The translations under genes were made by a program, and so were the position numbers. From an uncultured archaeon (GTDB lineage: Archaea > Iainarchaeota > Iainarchaeia > Iainarchaeales > GCA-2688035), in contig CAZXIC010000002.1 in NCBI GenBank assembly GCA_964640195.1, forward strand, positions 81,743 through 145,742: a stretch of DNA of 64,000 nt, given 5' to 3'. Each line of letters begins with the position of its first letter. The stretch's first letter is position 1. Below, one piece after another: positions 1 to 9,130 of the stretch. The notes under the pieces were generated by a model. The model was not told the origin of the DNA and did no database searches. It worked only from the letters and a program-made list of their open reading frames with translations.

Positions 1-918
1 AGGGGAGCAGAGCCGCCAACACAGCCTGTGAGGGAGAGAGTCATTGAAAGGGTTATTGAGCGCCCCCATGAAAGAGGGGCAGAAGTTGAAGCCCCTAGGA
101 AGAGAGAGGCAGAGGAAAGGTTGTGGGAGGAAGCCGGAAAACCTAAGGCAGGGGAAAAGCCTGCAGCAAGGCAGCCTGTTGGAATAGCCAAGGAAAGGGA
201 AGTAGTGGAAGAAAAGCCTGTTCCAGCGCCTGTTGGAAAACCGAAGCCTGCGGAAACGCCGAAGGCTGTTGTAAAGCCGGTTGAAAAGCCGAAGCCGCCC
301 ATGCCCAAAGCCAGAGAAATCAAGAAGCCGGTGCTAAGCGAAAGAATTGGGAAGGCAATCGAGGAAAAGGCTGCCGGCAAAATAAGCAAGGAGCAGGTTG
401 ACAGGATTGAAGAGCAACTTGGAAGGCTGCTTGAAAAGTACAAGGTTCCGGAGAAAACGATTACAATGCAGATTCAATCGCTTGACAGCAGCAGGCTGGT
501 TCAGGACTTCCACAAGCTGATTGGGTTGATTCAAGTGCGGCACGAGGCACTGCGCCAAGAGCCGATTACGCCGGGGTCCCGCTATGAGCCTGGCTTGGCA
601 GTAACCTCCAGAAAAAAGGAAAAGATTGCTGCTCAGGAAAAGGAGATAGTCAAGGCAAAGATTGAAACAGATTTTGACAGGGTGCTTGACCTGGTCAAAT
701 TCAAGGGAATGATTGGGGTGGATGCGGCAGCGAAAGAGCTTGGCATTAAGGAGAGGCAGTTGCAGGAATACGCAAAGGTTTTGGAGGAAAACCACTTAGT
801 GCAATTGATTTATCCCCCGATTGGCGCTATGCGGCTTGCTTTCCCCGGATATTTGCGCTGGAAGGAAAGGGAGAAGAAAAAGAAGGCAGAGGAAAAAAAG
901 AAAAAGAAGAAAAAATAA
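1..918 (+). CDS. Hypothetical Lys/Glu/Pro-rich protein, probably 5'-truncated by the window edge
   Basis: Frame 1 is open from nt 1 (no stop before the GTG at 28). KPE-rich low-complexity N-part, helical C-part, poly-Lys tail. Lies directly upstream of the pilus-type ATPase. Confidence 0.5.
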   Translation, partial: RGAEPPTQPVRERVIERVIERPHERGAEVEAPRKREAEERLWEEAGKPKAGEKPAARQPVGIAKEREVVEEKPVPAPVGKPKPAETPKAVVKPVEKPKPPMPKAREIKKPVLSERIGKAIEEKAAGKISKEQVDRIEEQLGRLLEKYKVPEKTITMQIQSLDSSRLVQDFHKLIGLIQVRHEALRQEPITPGSRYEPGLAVTSRKKEKIAAQEKEIVKAKIETDFDRVLDLVKFKGMIGVDAAAKELGIKERQLQEYAKVLEENHLVQLIYPPIGAMRLAFPGYLRWKEREKKKKAEEKKKKKKK

Positions 919-941
919 ATTAGTTAAAGGCAGGTGAAAAA

Positions 942-2504
942 ATGTACGATGCTGAAAAAAAGGTAACAGGGGTGGAAAAGGCAAACGTGATTGAAACATA
1001 CAGCGTGAAATCAGACGCCGTAGAAGTGGAGGTAAACATAATTGACGCGGAAAAGGCGTTTGTAAGGAATTACTTCCTGAACTTTCCGTCTTATGGGTCG
1101 GGTACAATTGCTTTGCTGAATAACCTGCGGACAGCAATTCTAAGCGAAACCGCATTAAGGGCTGAGAAGATGATGGAGGCAAAATTCGTTGAGAAGACAA
1201 AACAGAGGTTCAAGCAAAGGGCAGCAGAGTTATTGCAGAGGGAACTGCCGAAAATGCCTGACGAGACAAAAAACACCCTGATTGGGATTCTGCTGAATGA
1301 AATGCTTGGCTTGGGAAAGATAGAGTTTTTGCTGAACGATGGCAACCTGGAGGAAATAGTGGTAAACTACAGCAAGGAGCCTGTCTGGGTTTACCACAAA
1401 AAATACGGCTGGCTGAAGACAAACATAACGCTTGGAAACGAGGGCGAAATAGAAAACTATGCAAGCATTATTGCAAGGCGCGTTGGCAAGCAGATAACAA
1501 TCCTGAATCCGCTGCTTGACGCCCACCTGATAACAGGCGATAGGGCAAATGCAACCCTGTTCCCGATTTCAAGCAAAGGGAACACCATAACAATCAGGAT
1601 GTTCAGGAGAGAGCCCTGGACGGTAACAGATTTCATCAGCAATAAAACAGTCAACAAGGAGATAATGGCTCTGGTTTGGCTTGCAATGGAATACGAGTTG
1701 AACATTATTATCAGCGGTGGCACGGGCAGCGGGAAAACAAGCCTTTTGAACGTATGCATGCCGTTCCTGCAACCGAATCACAGAATTTTGTCCATAGAGG
1801 ACACCAGGGAACTGATGCTGCCGGAATTCCTGCACTGGGTTCCACTGACAACGAGGGAACCAAACCCCGAGGGAAAAGGCGGCGTGACAATGCTTGACCT
1901 GCTTGTAAACAGCCTGAGGATGCGGCCTGACAGGATAATCGTCGGAGAGATTAGGCGGCAGAGGGAAGCAGAGGTGATGTTTGAGGCAATGCACACAGGG
2001 CACAGCGTTTACACGACCTTCCACGCAAACACGGCAGATGAGACAATCCGGCGGCTCATAAACCCCCCTGTGAACGTTCCAACAACAATGCTTGAAGCCG
2101 TGCACTTGAATGTTGTGATGTTCAGAAACAGACGCCTGGGAGTGAGACGCGTACTGCAAGTGGCGGAGTACGTTCCGGAGAGAAGGGGGCGAGAATCCGG
2201 GGTAAAGGCAAATGTTCTGTACCGCTGGCGGGGGGCAGATGATATGATTGTGCCCCATGGTGACAGCATCAGGTTGTATGACGAGCTGTCACTGCACACT
2301 GGCTTGAGTAAAAGCGAAATAGATGGCGAGCTTAAGCAGAAGCAGAAAATACTTGATTGGATGGTTAAATTCAATGTCAGGAATGTGACAGATGTCGGCA
2401 GGGTTATAGCCCAGTACTACAGGGACCCGGAAGCGATAGTTAAAGCAGCAGAAAAAAAACAAAAGCCTGAGTTGGAGAAAGGCCCTGCGCAGGAAAAAAA
2501 GTGA
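942..2504 (+). CDS. Type II/IV secretion-family assembly ATPase (archaeal FlaI/PilB/TadA-like)
   Basis: Walker A 'SGGTGSGKTS', 'ILSIEDTREL', Walker B-like 'DRIIVGEIR' and 'HTGHSVYTTFHA'. 520 aa, typical for FlaI-type ATPases. Confidence 0.9.
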   Translation: MYDAEKKVTGVEKANVIETYSVKSDAVEVEVNIIDAEKAFVRNYFLNFPSYGSGTIALLNNLRTAILSETALRAEKMMEAKFVEKTKQRFKQRAAELLQRELPKMPDETKNTLIGILLNEMLGLGKIEFLLNDGNLEEIVVNYSKEPVWVYHKKYGWLKTNITLGNEGEIENYASIIARRVGKQITILNPLLDAHLITGDRANATLFPISSKGNTITIRMFRREPWTVTDFISNKTVNKEIMALVWLAMEYELNIIISGGTGSGKTSLLNVCMPFLQPNHRILSIEDTRELMLPEFLHWVPLTTREPNPEGKGGVTMLDLLVNSLRMRPDRIIVGEIRRQREAEVMFEAMHTGHSVYTTFHANTADETIRRLINPPVNVPTTMLEAVHLNVVMFRNRRLGVRRVLQVAEYVPERRGRESGVKANVLYRWRGADDMIVPHGDSIRLYDELSLHTGLSKSEIDGELKQKQKILDWMVKFNVRNVTDVGRVIAQYYRDPEAIVKAAEKKQKPELEKGPAQEKK

Positions 2505-3416
2505 ATGCCCATGGCTAGAATAATTCCCTTTGCACCAATGCCAATGAGCATGTTGAAGAGAGCAAGCAGCCCGTTCATTAGGTATGCTTTTGGCTTCAGC
2601 AGGATGTTCCCAAACCTGGGGGCGAAACTGGATGCAGCCGACATAGAGGCAGACGAAAGGGAATACGCAGCGATAATGCTTTTTTTGACGGTTTTCTACT
2701 TCGTTTTCTTCACAGTTGCATCCACCCTGATTTTTTACAGGCTGCAGCTGGACCAAGCCTTGCAGGTCGCCTTGCCCTTTTGGGCGCTTGGACTGTGCGT
2801 GGGGCTGTTAATGGGCTTCATGATGGTCGTTCAGGTGCTGGTGTACCCGACGCTGCTTTTAAGGAAAAAGGTGAGAAGCCTTGAAAGAAACCTCGTATTT
2901 GCTTTGAGGGCCATTCTTATCCAGATAAAAAGCGGCGTGAGCCTGTTTGATGGAATGGCGACCATCGCAAACGGCGAGTACGGCGCGGTAAGCACTGAAT
3001 TCAAAAAAGCAGTTGACAAAATAAACACCGGAACGCCGGCTGAGGAAGCATTGGAGGACATGGCTGAAAAAAACCCCAGCCCTTTCTTTCGGAAAGTGCT
3101 GTGGCAGATAGTCAACGGGATGAAGGCGGGGGCTGACATAAGCAGTGTCCTGGCTGAAACTGTTGCATCAATGATAAGAGAGCAGAAGATTGCCATAAGT
3201 AGATATGGCTCGCAATTGAAAATCCTTTCACTGATGTACATGATGTTGGGCGTGATTGTCCCAGCATTGGGCGTAACGTTTTTAATTGTCCTCGGCTCCT
3301 TCCCCCAGATAAAAATCGATGAATTCACTTTTTGGGTAATGCTGTTGCTGGTTGTAGTTACTGAGTTCATGTACGTTGGCATAATAAAAAGCAGGAGGCC
3401 AACAATCATAGGGTGA
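2505..3416 (+). CDS. T2SS-F/TadC/FlaJ-like polytopic membrane protein (1 of 2)
   Basis: ATG immediately follows the ATPase stop. Cytoplasmic helical domain flanked by TM helices, as in TadB/TadC/FlaJ. Assignment rests on position and topology. Confidence 0.65.
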   Translation: MPMARIIPFAPMPMSMLKRASSPFIRYAFGFSRMFPNLGAKLDAADIEADEREYAAIMLFLTVFYFVFFTVASTLIFYRLQLDQALQVALPFWALGLCVGLLMGFMMVVQVLVYPTLLLRKKVRSLERNLVFALRAILIQIKSGVSLFDGMATIANGEYGAVSTEFKKAVDKINTGTPAEEALEDMAEKNPSPFFRKVLWQIVNGMKAGADISSVLAETVASMIREQKIAISRYGSQLKILSLMYMMLGVIVPALGVTFLIVLGSFPQIKIDEFTFWVMLLLVVVTEFMYVGIIKSRRPTIIG

Positions 3417-3422
3417 GACAAA

Positions 3423-4427
3423 ATGGGCATATATCAAAGAATCACTTCCCTGCTGCCGGAAGGCGTAATAGAATCGTTTAGAAAAGAGCTCAATTACGTT
3501 GGAATTCACGTTGAGGGAAAACGGTTTGTTGGCTTTTTGGTGCTGTTCGGCTTGGGCATCGCGACAGCAATTGCAATAAACCTCTACCTGTTCTTCAACA
3601 TGCCGGTTTACGCCAGCTTTTTTCTGGTATTTGCAATCTTCTGCGGCGGGGTGTACTTTTGGATTGACCAAATGGCTGAAGGGAGCGGGAGAAGGGTGGA
3701 AAGGGTGCTGCCGGACGTGCTTGAATTGATTGCAAGCAACATCAGGGCCGGCCTGACCACGGAGAGAGCTATTTTCACCTCAGCAAGGCCGGAGTTTGGC
3801 CTACTTTCAAGGGAGCTCAGGGAGGCAAGCAAAGAAATCCTCTCTGGCGAGAGAATGGATACTGCGTTGATGAAGCTGCCGAGCAAAATAAAAAGCGACG
3901 TGCTTGAGAGAACGGTTTGGCTGCTTGTGCAGGGGATGAAAGGCGGCGGCCAGATGGCAGACCTGCTGATTCAATTGGGCTCGGATTTGCGGGAAGAGAA
4001 CGCAATGCAAGACGAGATAAAGGCAAACATCAGCATGTACGTGCTGCTGATTTTCTTTGCTGCCGCATTTGGCGCCCCTATGCTGTTTGGGATAAGCAGC
4101 ATAATTGTGGGGATGCTGGCAGAGCAGACAGCAGAGCTGCCGATAACGGCAGAGCAGATGGCGCAGTACAGCCAGATGAGCCCCATCGGCAGGTTTTTCG
4201 GCGTACCAACAGTCGGGATAACGGAGGAATTTGTAACATTTTTTGCAGCCATTGCATTAATTTTAACCGCAATTTTCGCTTCTTTCACGATTGGGGCAAT
4301 AAGCGCAGGAAGCGAGAAAAAGGGCGTGAAATTCCTCCCCATAATTTTGTTCATAGGGCTCGGCTTGTTCTATGCAGTGAGAATGGTCCTAGGGGAGATG
4401 CTGGGCAGCATAACGACAATGCTCTAG
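3423..4427 (+). CDS. T2SS-F/TadC/FlaJ-like polytopic membrane protein (2 of 2)
   Basis: Same architecture as the preceding gene: N-terminal TM pair, soluble helical domain, C-terminal TMs. Tandem to the ATPase. Confidence 0.65.
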   Translation: MGIYQRITSLLPEGVIESFRKELNYVGIHVEGKRFVGFLVLFGLGIATAIAINLYLFFNMPVYASFFLVFAIFCGGVYFWIDQMAEGSGRRVERVLPDVLELIASNIRAGLTTERAIFTSARPEFGLLSRELREASKEILSGERMDTALMKLPSKIKSDVLERTVWLLVQGMKGGGQMADLLIQLGSDLREENAMQDEIKANISMYVLLIFFAAAFGAPMLFGISSIIVGMLAEQTAELPITAEQMAQYSQMSPIGRFFGVPTVGITEEFVTFFAAIALILTAIFASFTIGAISAGSEKKGVKFLPIILFIGLGLFYAVRMVLGEMLGSITTML

Positions 4428-4509
4428 GCAGAGAAAAACCAAGGATAAAATAATAAATATTTGAAGCTGTGTTAAATAATTCAATGATAGGCCTGGGTGC
4501 CCCATCAGC

Positions 4510-5994
4510 TTGAAAAGGGGGGTGGATTTGCACAACCTAAGATATGCAAAGGCGGCTGTAATAGGAATAGTGCTGCTGTTTGTTGCACTAAAAATCCCTG
4601 CAATGCAGTCGTTTTACATGGACAGGGATGAGCCGCTCTACGTCTGGCAGAGTCTGAGAATATACAAAGAGCCTGCGAGCATTCTGCTGCTGGAAATTAA
4701 CCGCCCCTATTATGCACTCTTTACTGCAACGGCAGCACCATTGCATGCGTTTTTCCCGCCGCAGGTTCCACTCAGGATTGTAACAATGGCATTTGCGCTG
4801 GTTGCCCTGTTCTTCACTTACTTAATCGGGAAAGAACTATTCTCTGAAAAAGCAGGTCTGGCTGCAATAGTGCTGATGTTATCTTCCCCTGCCTTTTTCT
4901 TCTATGCCGCAAGGGGCTTGCCGAGTGTGCCGCTTACAGCGCTGTCCGCAATTTTGATATATTTACTGATAACACTAAACAGAAGGCGGGCAATTCTTGC
5001 CGCTCTGACACTTGCTGCAATGTACCTGATAAAAACCACTTCAATGGTTGTACTGCCTGCGGTGGCTGTTTTTCTAATGCTCAAGTACAGGGAAAAGCTA
5101 AACAAGAAACAAATAGCTGCTGGGTTTGGGCTGCTGGCACTTCTGATTGCCTGCGCCATTGCATTCGCACCGGGCGAAATTGTAGGCGTTATCTTGAAAA
5201 CATTCAGCAAGCAGGATTGGGATGTCTTCTTTGCCATAGTTGGCCGTGGCATCATTTGGGCCCTAACAGGGACGTTCACTATCGTGTTTGCATTAGTAGG
5301 CATGCTTGAACTTAAGGGAAGGAGAGACTCCAATATTGCGCTTCTGCTGCTGTGGATTGTATTTATATCTGCCGCGTTCGCTCTGACCTTCAGGAGTTTC
5401 GTGCGCTACTATCTCCCAATAATGCCTGCTGTTGCGGTAATTGCCGGTTATGGCTTTGCAAGGTTAGCTGAAAGGGGGCTGCGGTTTGTGGCAATTCTGG
5501 CTGCAGCAGGGCTGCTCTTTTTTGCTTGGGGCTTCTACTGGGAGGCTATTTTCTGGAAAGCACCTTGGGAAAACCTCTATGCCAGGGGCTACATGCCGCT
5601 AAAGCAGGAGCGTTGGAGCGAGATGGGCCAATGGTTTGGTGAGAATGTAGGGGGAGAGGACAGGCTTATAGTCCTTTCAGAACAGTTTGTAGCAAGAACC
5701 ATCGTGCTTTCAGCAGAGCTTGGCTTGCCTGAGGCAAGCAGGCGGCTGGTTGTTAATCCAAGTAGGGGTGATTTTGAGATGCTTATCTCCCAGGCAGAAA
5801 GGGACTGCTTTGTAGTCAGGGATAGCACTTCACCCATAAGGCCTTTTGAGCAGCTGATTTGGCTTTACGCAGACACAAATGCAGAAGAATACCTTGCTTC
5901 AATGGGTTTTGAAGAAATAAAAGAGTTTCCGCCACAGGATGGCGCATTTTTCTTCAAAGAAACCTATTTCGCTTATAAAAAGTCAAAACAGTAG
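4510..5994 (+). CDS. GT-C-fold integral membrane glycosyltransferase (ArnT/PMT-like)
   Basis: About 11 predicted TM helices, an early 'DRDEPLY' acidic loop motif and a soluble C-terminal domain. This is the GT39/GT83-like layout. Confidence 0.55.
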   Translation: MKRGVDLHNLRYAKAAVIGIVLLFVALKIPAMQSFYMDRDEPLYVWQSLRIYKEPASILLLEINRPYYALFTATAAPLHAFFPPQVPLRIVTMAFALVALFFTYLIGKELFSEKAGLAAIVLMLSSPAFFFYAARGLPSVPLTALSAILIYLLITLNRRRAILAALTLAAMYLIKTTSMVVLPAVAVFLMLKYREKLNKKQIAAGFGLLALLIACAIAFAPGEIVGVILKTFSKQDWDVFFAIVGRGIIWALTGTFTIVFALVGMLELKGRRDSNIALLLLWIVFISAAFALTFRSFVRYYLPIMPAVAVIAGYGFARLAERGLRFVAILAAAGLLFFAWGFYWEAIFWKAPWENLYARGYMPLKQERWSEMGQWFGENVGGEDRLIVLSEQFVARTIVLSAELGLPEASRRLVVNPSRGDFEMLISQAERDCFVVRDSTSPIRPFEQLIWLYADTNAEEYLASMGFEEIKEFPPQDGAFFFKETYFAYKKSKQ

Positions 5995-6060
5995 GGATTA
6001 ACAACGGTAATTAACCTAAATAAAAGAAGAAAAAGGAAATTAAAGGAAAAATGAACGATT

Positions 6061-6516
6061 TCAGCTGCTGATTACAATGTTTGTACCGCGGCAAGTGATT
6101 GTAAGCCCTGTGTGCGTCAAGCCAGCTGCGTCAGTATAGGTGATTGTATAGACCCCTGACGTATAAGTGGCTGCTGTTGATGTCGCTGCAACGTCAAGCG
6201 TTGTGTTTCCAACCGGCAGGCTTGTTGTAGCGTTATTATCCGCGAATGCCTGACTTCCTGCAATCGTTACGCTTGTCAGCGTTCCGCCTGCTGTGTTTGT
6301 CACTATGAGGTCTTGTAGGTCTCCACTTGCAGAAGCTGCGCTCAGAAGGTTGTTTGAGACAACGTTAAGCACTGTCGGGTCTGAACTGCTGCAGGTTACG
6401 CCGCCTGTCGGCGTTGCGACAATGAACACTAGGACGCCTACGACGATTGCTATGACGATTAATGCCCATCCGTAGGTCATCAGGTATTCCAATGCTGCTT
6501 GTCCTTTCTTGTTCAT
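6061..6516 (-). CDS. Archaeal type IV pilin-like protein (class III signal peptide)
   Basis: N-terminus 'MNKKGQAALEYLMTYGWALIVIAIVVGVLVFI' gives a KGQ|A prepilin-peptidase site plus hydrophobic helix. Thr/Ser-rich beta-type C-part. GGAGGG RBS upstream. Confidence 0.8.
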   Translation of the reverse strand: MNKKGQAALEYLMTYGWALIVIAIVVGVLVFIVATPTGGVTCSSSDPTVLNVVSNNLLSAASASGDLQDLIVTNTAGGTLTSVTIAGSQAFADNNATTSLPVGNTTLDVAATSTAATYTSGVYTITYTDAAGLTHTGLTITCRGTNIVISS

Positions 6517-6687
6517 GCTTTCCCTCCTATAGGTTTTTCATTTTATTTTAATGCCTTTTCCCAAAATAAACATCAATTCTTTTGATGCTGGGAGTTTTTG
6601 TATTATAAGAAGTGTTTCTCCTTTAAAAATCTTTGCTTTAACGCAGCGGCTTTAAATTTAATTATTTGCCGAATTGCGCCTGCTTTT

Positions 6688-7176
6688 TCACTTTTTCCTG
6701 AATTTTTTCCTCAGCGCTCTTTCAACCGGCGGCGCAACAAAGCAGTCAATTCTTCCGCCAAGCGAAGCGATTTCCTTTACTGCAGTGCTGTTCAGGTAAA
6801 AATACCTCGGCGATGTCATCACAAAGACTGTTTCAAGGCTCGGCACAAGCTTTCTGTTTATCGTCGCCTGCTGGAACTCGAACTCAAAGTCCGACAACTC
6901 GCGCAGGCCCCTTAAAATCACTTTTGCATTTTTCCTTTTGACGTAGTCAACCAGAAGCCCCTGGAAAGAGTCAACCGAAACGCGCTCCATGCCCTTGGTG
7001 CACTGTTTTATCAGGGCAACCCTTTCAGCCAGCGGGAAGAGCGCTTTCTTGCGCGGGCTGGTCGTTACAGCGACAATAACCTGGTCAAACAATTGCAGGG
7101 CGCGCTTTATGACGTCCAGGTGCCCAAGTGTAACCGGGTCAAAGGTTCCAGCATAGATTGCGGTTCTTTTATTCAA
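6688..7176 (-). CDS. coaD: Phosphopantetheine adenylyltransferase, bacterial CoaD type
   Basis: 'AIYAGTFDPVTLGHLDVIKRA' is the T/HxGH nucleotidyltransferase motif, with CoaD-like sequence throughout. Start revised to TTG 7176, preceded by GGGAGG. The track start is 7200. Confidence 0.85.
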   Translation of the reverse strand: MNKRTAIYAGTFDPVTLGHLDVIKRALQLFDQVIVAVTTSPRKKALFPLAERVALIKQCTKGMERVSVDSFQGLLVDYVKRKNAKVILRGLRELSDFEFEFQQATINRKLVPSLETVFVMTSPRYFYLNSTAVKEIASLGGRIDCFVAPPVERALRKKFRKK

Positions 7177-7744
7177 AAAAATTGCCTCCCAGTTTTGCAA
7201 TTACGGCTTTTACCTGCTTCTTGGTTTTTTGCAGGCCGCCTGTGTTATTAATTAAAAAGCGGGCTTTTTTAATTTTTTTCTTTAGGGGCAACTGGGCGTG
7301 CAGCCTGAGCCCTGCTTCTTTTCTGGTAAGGCCACTGCGCTGCAGCCTTGCCAGGCACTGCTTTCTTGTTGCGAAAACAACGCAGGTGCTGTCAAAGTAA
7401 TGCTGCCACCTTGCCTCAAAAAGAAGCGGCACGTCAACCACAACAAGCCGCTTTCCCTGCTTTTTGAATTTTTTCATGCTGCGCTGCAGCTGTTTCCAGA
7501 CAAGTGGATGCAAAATTTTCTCCAGTTTTTTCCTCTTTCTTGCACTGCGGAAAACAACCGAAGAGAGTTCTTTCCTGTTGGCTGTGCCAAACAGGCGCAG
7601 CAACTTGCTTTGAATGCCTTTCTGCCTGTACAGCTTTCGCACTATTGCATCGCAGTCGATGGCTGGAATGCCACACTGCCTGAAAAAACGCAGGGCAGTG
7701 CTCTTCCCGCTGCCTGCAGAACCGGTTAAAGCAAGCGAATGCAT
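7169..7744 (-). CDS. coaE: Dephospho-CoA kinase, bacterial CoaE type
   Basis: P-loop 'LTGSAGSGKST', 'IDCDAIVRKLY' and 'VVDVPLLFE', all CoaE-typical. Overlaps coaD by 8 nt. Confidence 0.85.
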   Translation of the reverse strand: MHSLALTGSAGSGKSTALRFFRQCGIPAIDCDAIVRKLYRQKGIQSKLLRLFGTANRKELSSVVFRSARKRKKLEKILHPLVWKQLQRSMKKFKKQGKRLVVVDVPLLFEARWQHYFDSTCVVFATRKQCLARLQRSGLTRKEAGLRLHAQLPLKKKIKKARFLINNTGGLQKTKKQVKAVIAKLGGNFFE

Positions 7745-7917
7745 TGTAATGGAATTGGGTGGAAGTTAATTTAAGGAAAGGCACAGCGGTTTTGAAATAA
7801 AAAAGCTTTTGAAACCCCAACACAGAAGCATTTAAATTAGATTTGCCCGCCTTATTTATATGGGCAAGGTATAAGCAAAAACCCCTCTTTTTCAAGCAGG
7901 GCTGGAGGCGATTTAAG

Positions 7918-9117
7918 TTGAAAATAGCGTTGGTGAGCAGCTGGCCGCCGAGGCACTGCGGCATTGCAACCTACAGCCAGGAGCTGGTCAGGGCCCTGAG
8001 AAAACAGGGGCACGAGGTGCATGTTGTGACATTCAGTGATGGGGGCAAGAAAGGCGAACGCTTTGTACATAAGGCAATGAGGGTTCGAAAGAAAGGCGCT
8101 AAGTTGGTTGACCCAAACTGGGAAGAGCGGCTGTACAACGTGATTGCAAGGATAAAGCCGGATGTGGTTCATATACAGCATGAGTACGCTTTGTACGAAT
8201 ATGACAAGGACTTCAGCAGCGGGCTGTTCAGGCCATTTTTCAGGTGGGGCGTGGAAGCAGAATTCCCTGTGGTGGTGACGTTTCACAGCATCTACACTGC
8301 TTTGGAAAGGGCGCACAGCTATTACATGAATACCTGCCTGATGCTGATAGATGCAGGTGTTGTCCACGAGGAATACCAGAAAATCTACTTGCCTGAGAAC
8401 ATTGGCAGGGTTCCGCAGAATGTGTACGTCATACCGCACGGTGCCAAGGACATAAAGCCGTACAAGGGCGCAAAGGAAGCCCTGGGCTTGGCTGGAAAGA
8501 GGGTTGTCGGCGTTATCGGCTGGTGGGAGCCGAACAAGGGCTTTGAAAGAGTTGTGCAGATTTGGCCTGATGTAAGGAGGGAGTTGGGCAAGAAGGCTGT
8601 CTTGGTTGTTGCAGGCGATGCAAGGCCTGGAAGCAAAAGCGGGCAGATATACAAGCCCCTGCTTTTGCAGGCGATAAGGCAAAGCAAAGCAAAAAGCAGC
8701 ATTAAGCTTATCGAAGGCAGCTTTTCGCCGCAGGAATACGACAGGATACTTTCGGCATTTGATTTGATGGTTTTGCCATACAGCAGGGCGTCGCAGTCAG
8801 GTAACCTAGCCCATGCGTTTGCGTTGGGAATTCCATGCGTTGCAACTGCAATGGAGGGCCTCAAGGCAGAGGTTGAGAGGAGCAAGGGCGGTGTCACAGT
8901 TCCAGCAGAGGACGATGTGGAGTTGATGCACGCGATTGCACATGTGATGAAGCACGAGGAGTTGCGCAAGAGGTATGCAAGGAACGCTGCCAAGCATGTT
9001 ACGAAGCAGATAAAGTGGAGCATTGTTGCAAGAAAGCATGTTGCCCTCTACCAGAAGTTGATTGCAGAGTTGCGCGAGGAATGCAAGCCGAGGAAAAAGG
9101 AAAGCTTGCTGGCTTGA
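7918..9117 (+). CDS. GT4-family glycosyltransferase
   Basis: 'KIALVSSWPPRHCGIATYSQEL' N-terminus and a C-terminal GT-B domain ('LMVLPYSRASQSGNLAHAFALGIPCVAT'). Start revised to TTG 7918 after GGAGG. Confidence 0.8.
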   Translation: MKIALVSSWPPRHCGIATYSQELVRALRKQGHEVHVVTFSDGGKKGERFVHKAMRVRKKGAKLVDPNWEERLYNVIARIKPDVVHIQHEYALYEYDKDFSSGLFRPFFRWGVEAEFPVVVTFHSIYTALERAHSYYMNTCLMLIDAGVVHEEYQKIYLPENIGRVPQNVYVIPHGAKDIKPYKGAKEALGLAGKRVVGVIGWWEPNKGFERVVQIWPDVRRELGKKAVLVVAGDARPGSKSGQIYKPLLLQAIRQSKAKSSIKLIEGSFSPQEYDRILSAFDLMVLPYSRASQSGNLAHAFALGIPCVATAMEGLKAEVERSKGGVTVPAEDDVELMHAIAHVMKHEELRKRYARNAAKHVTKQIKWSIVARKHVALYQKLIAELREECKPRKKESLLA

Positions 9118-9130
9118 AAAGATTATATTT

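Noticed and set aside
7852-8682. 276-aa minus-strand ORF
   Set aside because: It is antisense to the first GT4 glycosyltransferase and has shadow-ORF composition.
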